From Acidobacteriota bacterium (GTDB taxonomy: Bacteria > Acidobacteriota > Blastocatellia > Pyrinomonadales > Pyrinomonadaceae), in assembly GCA_046732935.1 (NCBI GenBank), contig JBKPOC010000087.1:40044-104043 (forward strand): a stretch of 64,000 nucleotides of DNA, written 5' to 3'. Position 1 is the stretch's first letter, and each line of letters opens with the position of its first letter. The notes under the pieces were generated by a model. It had not been told where the DNA came from, did not search any database, and saw only the letters and a program-made list of their open reading frames with translations. Shown here one piece after another: positions 1-10,107 of this stretch. Position numbers and translations under genes: made by a program.

Positions 1-2213
1 CTTATGATCTCTGGGTTGACGTCAGTGACCCGCCGTTCTTTCCCTCTCGCAAATTTTGGGGAACCCTGGCTCACGAACACTCACACAACTTCGTGCAATA
101 TGGCGATCTCTACGGACCCGACGGTTGTACGGGCTACTGGGACATCCTGGGGGACAACTCGCAACCCATGCGTATGTCCGAGTCGTCGTCCGTGCATAAA
201 GAGCGCATCGGCTGGCTCAATTACCTGGAAGTAATACGCGGGCCTGTATATGAGCCGCAGGTCAAAACGTTGCGACCCTACACGCTCACCGGCGACGCAA
301 TTAAAGTAGTGCCCGACCCTGAGCACAATCCTACAGAATATTTTGTCATCGAATATCGAAAGAGCACCGGTCGTGAGCCGTGGACGCCGGACGGCGCGCT
401 GACGGAGTCCGGACTGCTGATAACGCACATGAATTCGCGCTTCGGTGGGCCTGTCGCACACGCGATGCGCGAAGCCCCTTATTTCGACCCGGAGTTCGCC
501 GACTTCTCCGACCGTGGCGGAGCGCTCTGGACCGGCATGGACCGCCTGAACGGCATTCTGTTCCATGGCAGCCGCAACCAATTTACGGAGTACACCGCTC
601 CGTCGAGCAACTTTTATGGTCCGTGGCCTAACGGTTTGAATATCACCGCTATCGAGATTACAGACGACGAAGCACGCTTCGTGATCGACATTGACAACCA
701 TCCGATGATCGGTTGGACAGTGAGCGCCGAAGACCGTTCCATAGCCGGGAGATTCACCGAGCAATCATTAACCGAGGGCAACGAGATCCTGATCCATAAC
801 GCCGGTAGCCTGGCAGTTCTCGAACATCGACAGACTCACTGGTTTGTGCGAGAGAGGTTTGATAATTCGATTTTCACATGGAGGATAGACGGAACCGAGC
901 GCTGGATCGCCGTCGACATGGATGGCGATACGCGCCATGAAGTCTACGCGCGCCGTCCTAACGGTTTGGCTCTCTTCAAGTGGGAGACCGGTTGGTTTCA
1001 GTTGGTCGCCGATGCACACGATAGTATTGACGACTGGTCACTCGCCGCAGGGGAACGCGAAGTCGCAGGCGATGTGGACGGAGATGGCCGCGAGGAGATT
1101 GTGTTGCGTGCGGCTGACCGTATCGGCCTTCTGAAGCTGTCTGTCAGTGGACGGCTGGAATTACGCTCGCAGCAGGTAGGAAACGTCGACTCCTTTCCAC
1201 TGCGAATCAACCAGCGCGAGTGGACGGGCCGGTTTATACGTCCAGACCAGAGCGCAGTACTGGTGAAAAGCGAAACCATCATTGCCTTACTGGTCTGGGA
1301 CTCGCGCCTGAGCCGGTTCACGCTGCGGGCCATGCAATCCGATCGCAGCGGAGACTGGGTTCATCGCGCCGGCGATCTGCTCAATGTCGGAGACTTTGAC
1401 GGAGACGGCCTCGACGAAATCTACATCCGTTCTGCGACTCGTGCCGGGCTATTGAAGTGGCAAGGCGACAACTTCACGAGCATCTGGACTCGTGATGACA
1501 ACATAGAGCATCGTCTTGCCCGTGATCCGCGCACAATTCCTTTGACCGCGTCTAACCGCTCTTACACGGGACGCTTTCTTCCGTCTCAGGATGGGATTCT
1601 GCACCGTAGCCCGGACGGTCTGGCTATATTGCTCTGGGAAAACAATGCCATGAAGTTTCGGCGGTTCACCGGAAGTTGGCTGGCCGGCCGTTGGGCGTTA
1701 TCAGAAAGTGACGAGTTGGTTGTCGCGGACTTTCATCGTGTCGGACTGGAGTATGCCGAGCCTGCTCCGGTGAGCGTAGTTGACGACAATCTGGCAGATG
1801 TGTTCATACACAACGGCTGGGGAACATCCATGCTCGCGTTCAATCACCCGTCAGGTGACGGAGAGGAGTTCGCCATGACATGGATGAACGCGCGCGAGCT
1901 TATGTACCGGCGCATGAGTCCCGGTCCTATTCTCCCGCCACCGATACTCTATCGTTGGGAACAGTACATCGTCGGCAATCTCGCCGACGGCGGGTATCTG
2001 ATTCTCGGGCCGGGAATGCCCCGCCCCGTTGGTCCCTGGGATCCCACGACATTGAAAAGAGTCCTGGATGCCTACGAGTCTATCAGGAGTGGAATGCGCA
2101 CTATCCGGGAGCTTGGCGTCGAGTTGCCAAAAGCCAAAGACGCGTTTTTGTCCACAGTAGGCGAAGAAAAGCTCGACCAACCCACTCCGCTGATCCTCAA
2201 GTCTTCATTCTGA
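1..2213 (+). CDS. M6 (immune inhibitor A-like) zinc metalloprotease fused to FG-GAP/VCBS repeats; the 5' end lies outside the window
   Basis: Frame 3 is open from nt 3, upstream of the tracked GTG at 93. It reads ...GTLAHEHSHNFVQYGDLY, which gives an HExxH zinc motif at nt 72-86. Later loops DVDGDGREEIV and GDFDGDGLDEIY are FG-GAP-type repeats. Confidence 0.75.
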   Translation, partial: YDLWVDVSDPPFFPSRKFWGTLAHEHSHNFVQYGDLYGPDGCTGYWDILGDNSQPMRMSESSSVHKERIGWLNYLEVIRGPVYEPQVKTLRPYTLTGDAIKVVPDPEHNPTEYFVIEYRKSTGREPWTPDGALTESGLLITHMNSRFGGPVAHAMREAPYFDPEFADFSDRGGALWTGMDRLNGILFHGSRNQFTEYTAPSSNFYGPWPNGLNITAIEITDDEARFVIDIDNHPMIGWTVSAEDRSIAGRFTEQSLTEGNEILIHNAGSLAVLEHRQTHWFVRERFDNSIFTWRIDGTERWIAVDMDGDTRHEVYARRPNGLALFKWETGWFQLVADAHDSIDDWSLAAGEREVAGDVDGDGREEIVLRAADRIGLLKLSVSGRLELRSQQVGNVDSFPLRINQREWTGRFIRPDQSAVLVKSETIIALLVWDSRLSRFTLRAMQSDRSGDWVHRAGDLLNVGDFDGDGLDEIYIRSATRAGLLKWQGDNFTSIWTRDDNIEHRLARDPRTIPLTASNRSYTGRFLPSQDGILHRSPDGLAILLWENNAMKFRRFTGSWLAGRWALSESDELVVADFHRVGLEYAEPAPVSVVDDNLADVFIHNGWGTSMLAFNHPSGDGEEFAMTWMNARELMYRRMSPGPILPPPILYRWEQYIVGNLADGGYLILGPGMPRPVGPWDPTTLKRVLDAYESIRSGMRTIRELGVELPKAKDAFLSTVGEEKLDQPTPLILKSSF

Positions 2214-2309
2214 CTTCAGCGCCACGAGCGGATCGACTCGCGTGGCGCGACGCGCCGGCATGCAACACGCAACAAGTGCCACTCCAACGAGGGCAAGTTT
2301 ACAATGCGT
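2205..2309 (-). pseudogene. Orphan 3'-terminal remnant of an ADOP/MacB-type permease gene (last ~30 codons plus stop)
   Basis: The minus-strand translation THCKLALVGVALVACCMPARRATRVDPLVALKSE* matches the C-terminus LALVVVAFVACYIPARRATRVDPLVALKSE* of the intact permease at 4267-6690. An in-frame stop at 2310-2312 cuts off any gene body. The fragment overlaps the stop codon of the metalloprotease gene. Confidence 0.7.
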
Positions 2310-2397
2310 TCAGACGCCGCAAGACTAATCCGAAACGAAAATAAGTTTTTCAACATACCTTTTAGAAGAAGCACAATCGTCTAAACGGAGTACCCAT

Positions 2398-4257
2398 ATG
2401 TTCGCACTGAAAACTCAACGCCACCTCGCGAGCGCTCTTTGCGTGCTCGTTTGCTTATCGCTGTTATGCCCGATGTATGCGTCGAGCCAAACGCCTGCTG
2501 CACCAACCCCTGCGGTCCAGAATGACTTAGCAAGCGTTAAAGTAAAACTCTATTACTTGCGTGAGGCGTCGAAGGTCGCAGCTCTCCTGAAGATCATCGC
2601 CGACGACACAGCGTCACGTCTTCATGGTATGGATTTCGGGTTTGTAACCGAAGACGAGATCGTTCTCTATGGTTCCAAGTTGCAGCGAGATGAGGCGCGC
2701 CGAATCATCGCGACACTGGATCTGCCCCGGCCCGGCATCAACATGCAGATGTGGGGCATTCAAATCTCCAGCAGAAAACCGGACGATTTGGCGGAAGTGA
2801 TGCGGCAGATTCGTATTGAAATTGACCGCACGCAGGACGCCGTGCGTCACATGTACGATCAACTGCAAGTACTCGCGCGCGAAAAGATTTCAGACAAGGA
2901 TCTCGACCCCCGGTTCACTGCGATCCTTGAAGAAACTTTGGGCTACAGTTCGGCTCTTGATACTAACCGCCAGCTCTCACTCTCTGACATATTGCTGCGC
3001 ATCGTCGCCACTAAAAATGCCGGCGACGCGGCCGAGAAAATAGCCAGGGGCCTCGATGAGTGGTTAGCGAAACCGGAATACAGAGGTTTTGTAGACGCCT
3101 TTCACAATGGTGGGCAAGTTGTGAATTCGCCGCACCAATGTAAAAACAGGCGGAATACCCCGGCTCCAATCGCAGACCTCGCTAATCGACATCCGTTCAA
3201 GAGATTTTTTGAATATCGCGGACTCGAATACAAGAACGACCACTGGCAAGTAAACACGACTTCCGCCATGGAAAATGCGCAACGGGGTAAGGCAGTCGTG
3301 CTCGAGTTTGCGCTGCAATATGGTCAACTCGTGCATCATCCGGACAAAATGGAGCCGTATTTTTTGCAGCAGTCAGCGGAGGCACTCAACGCCCGCCTGC
3401 AAGCCTCAGTAGATGCGCTGAACCTCGACGTACAGGATTTATTTGTTGAGCCAACGCTGGATCGTATTCGGCACATCGTCGGACAATTTTGTGACGTCGA
3501 ATATGCGCAAGTGGGAAGGACAACGGTATCGAGTCTGAGCGGCGTCGAGACCGAAGTTACATCTTCGTCGGTTAATGCGTTCGATGTTACGCCTCCTCTT
3601 AAACTTACTGACCTGCTTACTCAAGCGAAGGCCATATCGGACAGCGCAACGCCGTTTGTCCCACACGCCGCAACCCAGAATTTAGTAGGCGCCATGCCTC
3701 TGGCGCAGGTGATCGGACTAATTGGCGCACTCGGTGAAGAGCGTGCCGTGTGGCGCGAACTCAAGTCGGGTGTATCGATCAAGATGACCCCCGCCGTGCT
3801 ACGCAACATGACTAGTGCAGAGTTACAGGTCTTATTGCAAACTGGAGATCCTCAGAGCGCCAACCGCGAGCAGGGTGTCAGACCACTGACCCGCGTTAGT
3901 CAGCACGATGTGAAAACGAAGGTTTACGTCAATGCGATGGACTTCTTCGATCTCTCAGCCTTTGCCAGCCAAGCTACGTTGAACGGCGGTCGGGGATACG
4001 TGCCGATCATCGGTCCAACATGGCGTGGGATTTTTGGCGAAGTGCCAGGTGTGGGGACATTTTTTAGTTGGAAGAAAAATCCGCAAAGCGTCTATTCGCA
4101 GAGTCTGGTGCTGACCACTTCCTTCATCTCCCCGACGGCAATGGGGTTGGCAGTTCTCTACCCAACTAGTATCGAGGAGACAACCCAGGGATTTGACGCG
4201 CAACGCAAAGCTGTTGATAACTACACGCGTACGCTTTTTACTGCCAGACGCGAATAA
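2398..4257 (+). CDS. Secreted, divergent secretin-like protein (NolW-like N domain plus secretin-like C-terminal motif)
   Basis: ATG start with an ACGGAG Shine-Dalgarno. Signal peptide MFALKTQRHLASALCVLVCLSLLCPMYASS. VKVKLYYLREASKVAALLKII...RIIATLDLPRPGINMQMWGIQISS resembles secretin N domains. The C-terminal VPIIGPTWRGIFGEVPGVGTFFSWKK...SLVLTTSFISPT resembles the conserved secretin end (iPvLgdiPvlGxLF...llifitP). Confidence 0.5.
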   Translation: MFALKTQRHLASALCVLVCLSLLCPMYASSQTPAAPTPAVQNDLASVKVKLYYLREASKVAALLKIIADDTASRLHGMDFGFVTEDEIVLYGSKLQRDEARRIIATLDLPRPGINMQMWGIQISSRKPDDLAEVMRQIRIEIDRTQDAVRHMYDQLQVLAREKISDKDLDPRFTAILEETLGYSSALDTNRQLSLSDILLRIVATKNAGDAAEKIARGLDEWLAKPEYRGFVDAFHNGGQVVNSPHQCKNRRNTPAPIADLANRHPFKRFFEYRGLEYKNDHWQVNTTSAMENAQRGKAVVLEFALQYGQLVHHPDKMEPYFLQQSAEALNARLQASVDALNLDVQDLFVEPTLDRIRHIVGQFCDVEYAQVGRTTVSSLSGVETEVTSSSVNAFDVTPPLKLTDLLTQAKAISDSATPFVPHAATQNLVGAMPLAQVIGLIGALGEERAVWRELKSGVSIKMTPAVLRNMTSAELQVLLQTGDPQSANREQGVRPLTRVSQHDVKTKVYVNAMDFFDLSAFASQATLNGGRGYVPIIGPTWRGIFGEVPGVGTFFSWKKNPQSVYSQSLVLTTSFISPTAMGLAVLYPTSIEETTQGFDAQRKAVDNYTRTLFTARRE

Positions 4258-4266
4258 CAAACAGAC

Positions 4267-6690
4267 TTATTCTGACTTTAGCGCCACGAGGGGATCGACT
4301 CGTGTCGCCCGACGCGCCGGGATGTAACAGGCGACGAATGCGACTACGACGAGAGCCAGAGCCGCTGCCGGCAGGACTACGGGATCGCTCGTCGGCAATG
4401 ACGGAATGAGCGACAGCAATAGTCTCGATATAGCGTACGCGCCTAAGCCGCCGAGTAACGCGCCACTCAGTATCAGGAGCGCGCCTTTCCCCAGCACCAG
4501 CCACAGAACGTCGCGCGACTGAGCCCCGAGCGCCATGCGTATCCCCAGCTCTCCAGTGCGTTGGACCACCGTGTACGACACAACGCCGTAGATTCCAATC
4601 ATCGCCAGAATCAATCCGATCGCCGCAAACGCGCCAAGCAAACTTCCCAACAATGAAATTCCACCGAGGCCGGAATTGACTGCCGCGCGGGCACTGCGAA
4701 TGCGATAAACCGGCAGCGCGGGATCCAATCCGGCAATCGCACTGCGCAAACTGTTAGACATCGCTTCCGCACTCGACGAAGTGCGCAACGCCAGCGAGAG
4801 ATAGGCGGGAGCAGTTTGCGTCATGGGCACAAACGCTTCAAAACGTGTGTACGGTTCGCTCAGGTCACCCGGAAACGCGATGTCGTTAACGACGCCGACG
4901 ACTTCGGAAAACGTCTTCTTCTTCGGATCAGTGTCACTGATACGCTTTCCAATCGGACTCTCGTTGGGCCAGAAAGTACGCGCCGCCGTTTCGTTGATGA
5001 TTACCACCTTCGGATGATCGGACGTATCGCCGGCGTTGAACGTTCGGCCCTGTTGTAAACGAGCTCCCAGAGTCTCGAAGTAGTCGCCGTTCACGGACTC
5101 AAAAAACATCTCCGGATACTTATCGGGCGGAGGCTCGGGTCGTCCTTCGACCAGGAACGAACTACTGCTGTTGAAACCGAACACGGCTTGTGATTCACCA
5201 ATCGCGACGTGTTCGACACCCGGCAACGCGCGCACACGATTCTCCAGTTCGGTCAGAAAAACGATCCGCTCCTTATCATCCTTGTATTTGTCTCCGCGAA
5301 GGCTCATCTGCGCCATTACGAGCCCATCAACTTGCCAGCCTGGATCTGTATTGATGAAGCGCTGCAAGCCACGCAAGAACAGTCCGGCCCCCGCCAGTAA
5401 CACCATCGCAAACGCTACTTCACCGACGATCAGCGTGTGTCGCAAGCGATGCTGAGATCGTCCCGCGGTAGATCCGCGTGAGTTCTCTCGCAGTGCCAGA
5501 TTTACATCGGCCCGCGAGGCCAACCATGCAGGGACGGTCCCGAATAGCAGGCCCGTCAACAACGAGCACAGCAGGGCGAAGCCAAAGACTTTGTAATCCA
5601 GTCGCACACTTGCGCCGGGTAAGTCAGTAAACAGTCGGGCACTGATAAAGCGAACGGCGCCAAGCGCAACGATCAGGCTGATCACGCCTCCGATCAAGGC
5701 GACGAGAATGCTTTCCGTCAACGAATGTCGCAACAGTCGCCAACGACCGGCGCCGAGGGCGGCGCGTACGGCGAGCTCGCGAGAGCGCGCGGCCGTGCGC
5801 ACGAGCTGAAGGTTTGCGAGATTTGCGCACGCGATCAGCAAGACGAAGCCGGCGAGTCCGAAGGCGAACCACATGACAGTTCTGCCGATACTGTCAGACA
5901 TAGATCGCCGGAGAGGCTCCAGTCGCACGCTCTCGCCGACGTTAGACGAGTTTTGCTTACCGATGTTGGCCGCGAGAGCGACCATACTTTGTTGTGCCTG
6001 CTCGATTGAGACGCCAGGCTTGAGTCGGCCAAACGAAGAGAGATAATTCGTGCCGCGATTGTTTCGCCCTTCAGGCGTAAACGCCAACGGCTGCCAGAAA
6101 TCGATCGTGCCCCAGAGAATCGGATGTTCGAATCCGGGAGGCATCACGCCGGCGATCTCAACTGTTTTTCCGTCGAGCTGAATCGTTCGACCTACTACGT
6201 TTGGGTCGCTTCCGAAGCGGCGTGTCCAAAAACGATCGCTGAGGACGATCACATTGTCAGCGCCGGGCTGGAATTCTTCAGGTTTGAATACGCGGCCATG
6301 CGCGGGCGCCACTTCCAACATGGGAAAGAAATCGGCGGTCGCCGCGATGCCGAGCAAACGTTCGGCTGTGTGTCCTGACTCGGTGAGATTGCGGCTGACA
6401 TAGTTGTAAGCCGCCATCTTCTCGAACACGATGTTCTGGTCGTGCTGGTCGAAGAAATTCGCGGCTGAAAACGGCCAGGTTTGTGAGTGCGGCGAGGTGC
6501 GCCAGACTCTTATCAATCGTTCGGAATGCGGGTATGGCAGCGAACCGAATAGAAACGTATTCAGCACGCTGAACATGGCCGTATTCACGCCGATACCGAG
6601 TGCGAGTGTCAGCGCAGCGACGATGGTGAAACCCTTGTGCTTGACTAGTGTACGCAGGCTATAACGCAGATCTTGTGAGACGCTGGTCAT
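4267..6690 (-). CDS. ADOP-family (acidobacterial duplicated orphan permease) MacB/FtsX-type ABC transporter permease
   Basis: N-terminus MTSVSQDLRYSLRTLVKHKGFT. Two FtsX-type four-helix bundles, each followed by RxxExxxRxALGA (RSRELAVRAALGA, RTGELGIRMALGA). C-terminus YIPARRATRVDPLVALKSE. Start trimmed to the ATG at 6690, which is preceded by GGAGAAGGAG. Confidence 0.9.
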   Translation of the reverse strand: MTSVSQDLRYSLRTLVKHKGFTIVAALTLALGIGVNTAMFSVLNTFLFGSLPYPHSERLIRVWRTSPHSQTWPFSAANFFDQHDQNIVFEKMAAYNYVSRNLTESGHTAERLLGIAATADFFPMLEVAPAHGRVFKPEEFQPGADNVIVLSDRFWTRRFGSDPNVVGRTIQLDGKTVEIAGVMPPGFEHPILWGTIDFWQPLAFTPEGRNNRGTNYLSSFGRLKPGVSIEQAQQSMVALAANIGKQNSSNVGESVRLEPLRRSMSDSIGRTVMWFAFGLAGFVLLIACANLANLQLVRTAARSRELAVRAALGAGRWRLLRHSLTESILVALIGGVISLIVALGAVRFISARLFTDLPGASVRLDYKVFGFALLCSLLTGLLFGTVPAWLASRADVNLALRENSRGSTAGRSQHRLRHTLIVGEVAFAMVLLAGAGLFLRGLQRFINTDPGWQVDGLVMAQMSLRGDKYKDDKERIVFLTELENRVRALPGVEHVAIGESQAVFGFNSSSSFLVEGRPEPPPDKYPEMFFESVNGDYFETLGARLQQGRTFNAGDTSDHPKVVIINETAARTFWPNESPIGKRISDTDPKKKTFSEVVGVVNDIAFPGDLSEPYTRFEAFVPMTQTAPAYLSLALRTSSSAEAMSNSLRSAIAGLDPALPVYRIRSARAAVNSGLGGISLLGSLLGAFAAIGLILAMIGIYGVVSYTVVQRTGELGIRMALGAQSRDVLWLVLGKGALLILSGALLGGLGAYAISRLLLSLIPSLPTSDPVVLPAAALALVVVAFVACYIPARRATRVDPLVALKSE

Positions 6691-6883
6691 TACTCCTTCT
6701 CCCAATCTCAAAAGAATGCCGGGGTTCGCGCAGTTTAAGGTGACTTATTTTCAGAACACCTTGAAGCACCCAGTTGTGGCAGTAAAAATTCTATTGCTAA
6801 AAAGTTCTTTGCACTGTAAAGTCGATAGCGAAATGGGAACTTCGTTGCCGGTAAGCGAGTGAAATCGATAAAGGAGACTCGGA

Positions 6884-9310
6884 ATGGTAGAACCCACGTA
6901 CAGGCCGTCGATGTGGCGGCACGTAGTTACGCTCGTCTTTGGAATCGTATTGCCTTCTATTTCGATCGTGGTTGAGGCGACAACACACATCTGCGCCCAG
7001 GAGTTCTTCGATCCGATTCCCACCGTATGGCACCTCTTATTGGTCATCTTCGTGCCCCTAGCTCATTTGCACGCCTGGTGGGCGGTTCTCAAAGGGCAAA
7101 CCGAGCGCGGAACGTTACTGGGTCTAACCAACGCTGTCGCCATCGGCATCTCGCTCTTCTACACGATCGTTTACCTACCTCTACTTCCGCTGGCGTTAAT
7201 CGCCCTGGTCTATCTGGGTCTCGGTCTCTTACCACTTGCGCCACTGTTCGCGCTCATTTTCGGTATCGTCCTGCGCGCACAACTGCGACGCGTCGTGCCG
7301 CAAAGAGGCTTTGCTTTCAAAACGCGCGGCCTGCTGACAGGCTTAGGACTTGTGATCGTCACGATCACGCTGATCGAGCTTCCCGGGTCGTTGACGCGCG
7401 TCGGATTGCAGATGGCCACCTCCGAGTCTCCACAGCGAAGAGCGGAAGGACTGCGCTTGTTACGCACATTTGGGAATAACGACTATCTGCTCCTGGCCTG
7501 CTATGGCCGAACCGGACGAGCCACGGATCTATTTGGTTATCTCTTTTCTCTGCCCGATCCGGTTACGGCTGACGAGGCCCGCCAGATCTATTACCGGCTA
7601 ACGGGCGAAACGTTCAATACTTCGGCGCCGCCAAGCAGAGTGGGCGGTCGGTGGTTTATCGTAAACAACCTCGATTTTGATCCAGATCAGGGCGGAACGA
7701 TCATCGCAGGCAAGGTCAAAGGGTTGTCACTATCCAGTTCTCGCATCGACGGCTCAACCGACGCAGATGCTGGACTCAGTTACCTCGAATGGACGCTCAA
7801 CTTCAAGAACGATTCGGTGAGCCAGCAGGAAGCTCGCTCGGAAATCCAGCTTCCGCCGGGTGGCTTTGTGTCGCGTCTCACACTCTGGGTCAATGGTGAG
7901 GAGCGTGAGGCAGCCTTCGGCGGTAGAAGTCAGACTCGACAGGCGTACGAACAAGTCGTCAACAGGCGTCGCGATCCTGTGCTTGTTACAACCACCGGGC
8001 GCGATCGCGTTCTCGTACAGTGTTTTCCGGTTCCTGCGGCAGGAGGTGAAATGAAAGTGCGGATCGGCATTACTGCGCCCGTCGTACTCGAAGACGAAGG
8101 ACACGGGCGCCTGCTGCTTCCCCACTTCCGCGATCGGAACTTTCGCATCCCCGACAATCTCGCACATGCCGTTTGGGTAGAGTCGAAGAGCAAACTGCAA
8201 TCGGACAGCAAGAGTTTCCAGACGGAACAGCCGTCGCAGAACCTCTACGCACTGCGTGGAGCACTGCAAGATGACGAACTCTTGAAACCGGAATCTAGCG
8301 TGCGAATGTCCCGGACGAATGGCATCACACAAGTCTGGACACGCAATCCGATCAAGGGCGACAAAGAGATCGTCCGACAGTTCGTTACAGAGAAGCAAAG
8401 CCCGGCGCGATCAAAAGTAGTTTTAGTCGTCGACACTTCCCGGACAATGCAAGAATCCGCGGCAGAGATAAGTTCCACTTTGAGAGCGCTGCCACGCGAC
8501 CGCCAGTTAATGCTGCTACTTGCTGACGGTAACGGCGTGTACGCAGAGGGCCAGAGTCAGAAAGCGATCACCGGAAGCGCGGCGGAACTGGCGCAGAAGC
8601 TGGATGGAGTGACATTCGCGGGTGGCGCCGACAATGTGCCGGCGCTTGCGAGGGCCTGGGATCTTGCGGCTCAGGATCCGGGCAACAGCGTTATCGTATG
8701 GATACATGGTCCACAACGACTTCCACTTCAGCCCGTGGAAGAGCTCAGGCAACGTTGGGAACGACGTCCTGACGGTCCCGCGCTCTACGCAGTGCAGACT
8801 GTGAATGGTCCTGACCGCGTCGAAGAGAAGCTCGACGGAGTTTTCTCGCTCGAGACGGTACCTCGCATGGGTACTCTCCAATCCGATCTGGAGAAACTAT
8901 TCGCACAACTGAGCGGTCAGTCGAAAAGTCTCGAGTTCGTCAGATCGACCGAGAAGCTGGAACAACCGCCAAACTCCAGTGACGCCAAAGAAACCTCGGC
9001 ACACCTCGCCAGAATCTGGGCCAATGATCAGATCAGGTTTTTGAGTTCTTTAGGAGACGAGAAATCTGTGGAAGCGGCGACTAAGCTCGCGGTTGCATAT
9101 CAACTCGTGACGCCCGTAACCGGCGCCGTCGTATTGGAAACACAGGAGCAATACACAGCGGCAAATCTGAAGCCGGTCGATCCGGGAACTGTTCCCACGA
9201 TTCCTGAACCGGAGATGGTAGTGCTAATCGCAATGGCGGCCGCCATTCTCCTGTTCCTGCTTTACCGTCAACATTTCCTGCATCGCGCGAGTGGTCACAA
9301 AGCGCTATGA
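6884..9310 (+). CDS. Multi-pass membrane / VIT / von Willebrand A protein with a C-terminal PEP-CTERM-like sorting signal
   Basis: About 190 aa of N-terminal TM helices. VIT-like LSYLEWTLNFKN...LTLWVNGEEREAAF. vWA MIDAS-like VVLVVDTSRTM. The C-terminus has IPEPE (nt 9203-9214), then the hydrophobic helix MVVLIAMAAAILLFLLY and the basic tail RQHFLHRASGHK. Confidence 0.8.
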   Translation: MVEPTYRPSMWRHVVTLVFGIVLPSISIVVEATTHICAQEFFDPIPTVWHLLLVIFVPLAHLHAWWAVLKGQTERGTLLGLTNAVAIGISLFYTIVYLPLLPLALIALVYLGLGLLPLAPLFALIFGIVLRAQLRRVVPQRGFAFKTRGLLTGLGLVIVTITLIELPGSLTRVGLQMATSESPQRRAEGLRLLRTFGNNDYLLLACYGRTGRATDLFGYLFSLPDPVTADEARQIYYRLTGETFNTSAPPSRVGGRWFIVNNLDFDPDQGGTIIAGKVKGLSLSSSRIDGSTDADAGLSYLEWTLNFKNDSVSQQEARSEIQLPPGGFVSRLTLWVNGEEREAAFGGRSQTRQAYEQVVNRRRDPVLVTTTGRDRVLVQCFPVPAAGGEMKVRIGITAPVVLEDEGHGRLLLPHFRDRNFRIPDNLAHAVWVESKSKLQSDSKSFQTEQPSQNLYALRGALQDDELLKPESSVRMSRTNGITQVWTRNPIKGDKEIVRQFVTEKQSPARSKVVLVVDTSRTMQESAAEISSTLRALPRDRQLMLLLADGNGVYAEGQSQKAITGSAAELAQKLDGVTFAGGADNVPALARAWDLAAQDPGNSVIVWIHGPQRLPLQPVEELRQRWERRPDGPALYAVQTVNGPDRVEEKLDGVFSLETVPRMGTLQSDLEKLFAQLSGQSKSLEFVRSTEKLEQPPNSSDAKETSAHLARIWANDQIRFLSSLGDEKSVEAATKLAVAYQLVTPVTGAVVLETQEQYTAANLKPVDPGTVPTIPEPEMVVLIAMAAAILLFLLYRQHFLHRASGHKAL

Positions 9311-10107
9311 ATCGATCACTCTTCATAGTCGCGGTGCAACTAGTCGCCTTCTGGCCAGTCTGGAGATGGTATGTCGAGCGCGTTGCCGGCTCTACGGATC
9401 AAAAGTGGGGCCTTGTTTCGCTGTTGACTGCGTTGTTGTTAGTGCTCAATAGAAAAGCTTCTGCTTATGTGATTGAGCGTTCACTGACGTTACCCACGCT
9501 GATCATACTGATCTATGTTGTTACCTATCCCGTATTCCCGCCGCTGGCCCGAGCCGGAGTTGCGTTTACCGCACTCGGCGTGACGCTTGGTGTAATTCGC
9601 TTCGGAAAACCATTTCATCCCGGTCTACTTGGATTGTTGTGGCTTTCGCTACCAGTAGTTCCTTCGCTTCAGTTTTATTTGGGTTATCCATTGCGAGTGC
9701 TGGTCGGGAGTCTAACCGCGCCGATACTCAGGCTCGGCGGTTTTGCAGTAATCCAGGAAGGGACGTGTCTGAACTGGGCGGGCCAACTGATTTGGATCGA
9801 TGCCCCTTGCAGTGGCGTTCGGATGCTGTGGGTTGGTCTGTTTCTCGTCTCTGCTCTCGTTTGTATCTACGAGCTTAGTTTCGTGAAGAGCCTGGCATTA
9901 CTGGCAGCAGCGGTGATTGCCATAATCGCAGGAAATGTTTTTCGCGCTGTGGCGCTCTTCTATCTGGAGTCGGGCGTATACCCGATGCCTGCTTGGGCGC
10001 ACGACTACGCGGGCATGGTTGCGTTCGCACTAGTCGCGACGGCTATTGTTACGGCTGTACGTTTCATTCGAAAAGATAAAGTATGCGGCGAACCGCTCTG
10101 TACCTAA
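9307..10107 (+). CDS. Exosortase-family transpeptidase (EpsH/Xrt-like)
   Basis: ATGA stop/start overlap with the upstream gene. An 8-TM-like protein carrying the exosortase signature residues: IWIDAPCSGVRML (Cys168, nt 9808-9810), GNVFRAV (Arg213) and WAHDYAG (His232). Confidence 0.8.
   Translation: MNRSLFIVAVQLVAFWPVWRWYVERVAGSTDQKWGLVSLLTALLLVLNRKASAYVIERSLTLPTLIILIYVVTYPVFPPLARAGVAFTALGVTLGVIRFGKPFHPGLLGLLWLSLPVVPSLQFYLGYPLRVLVGSLTAPILRLGGFAVIQEGTCLNWAGQLIWIDAPCSGVRMLWVGLFLVSALVCIYELSFVKSLALLAAAVIAIIAGNVFRAVALFYLESGVYPMPAWAHDYAGMVAFALVATAIVTAVRFIRKDKVCGEPLCT

Noticed and set aside
81-764. A 227-aa minus-strand ORF at the window start.
   Set aside because: It is antisense to the HExxH metalloprotease frame, which is open from nt 3 and has recognisable motifs.
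2205-4330. Considered the direct repeats 2205-2267 and 4267-4329 as attL/attR of an integrated element carrying the secretin-like gene.
   Set aside because: Identity is only about 82-87 % and it tracks the conserved PARRATRVDPLVALKSE peptide. No integrase or recombinase lies between the repeats. A decayed paralogue is the simpler explanation.
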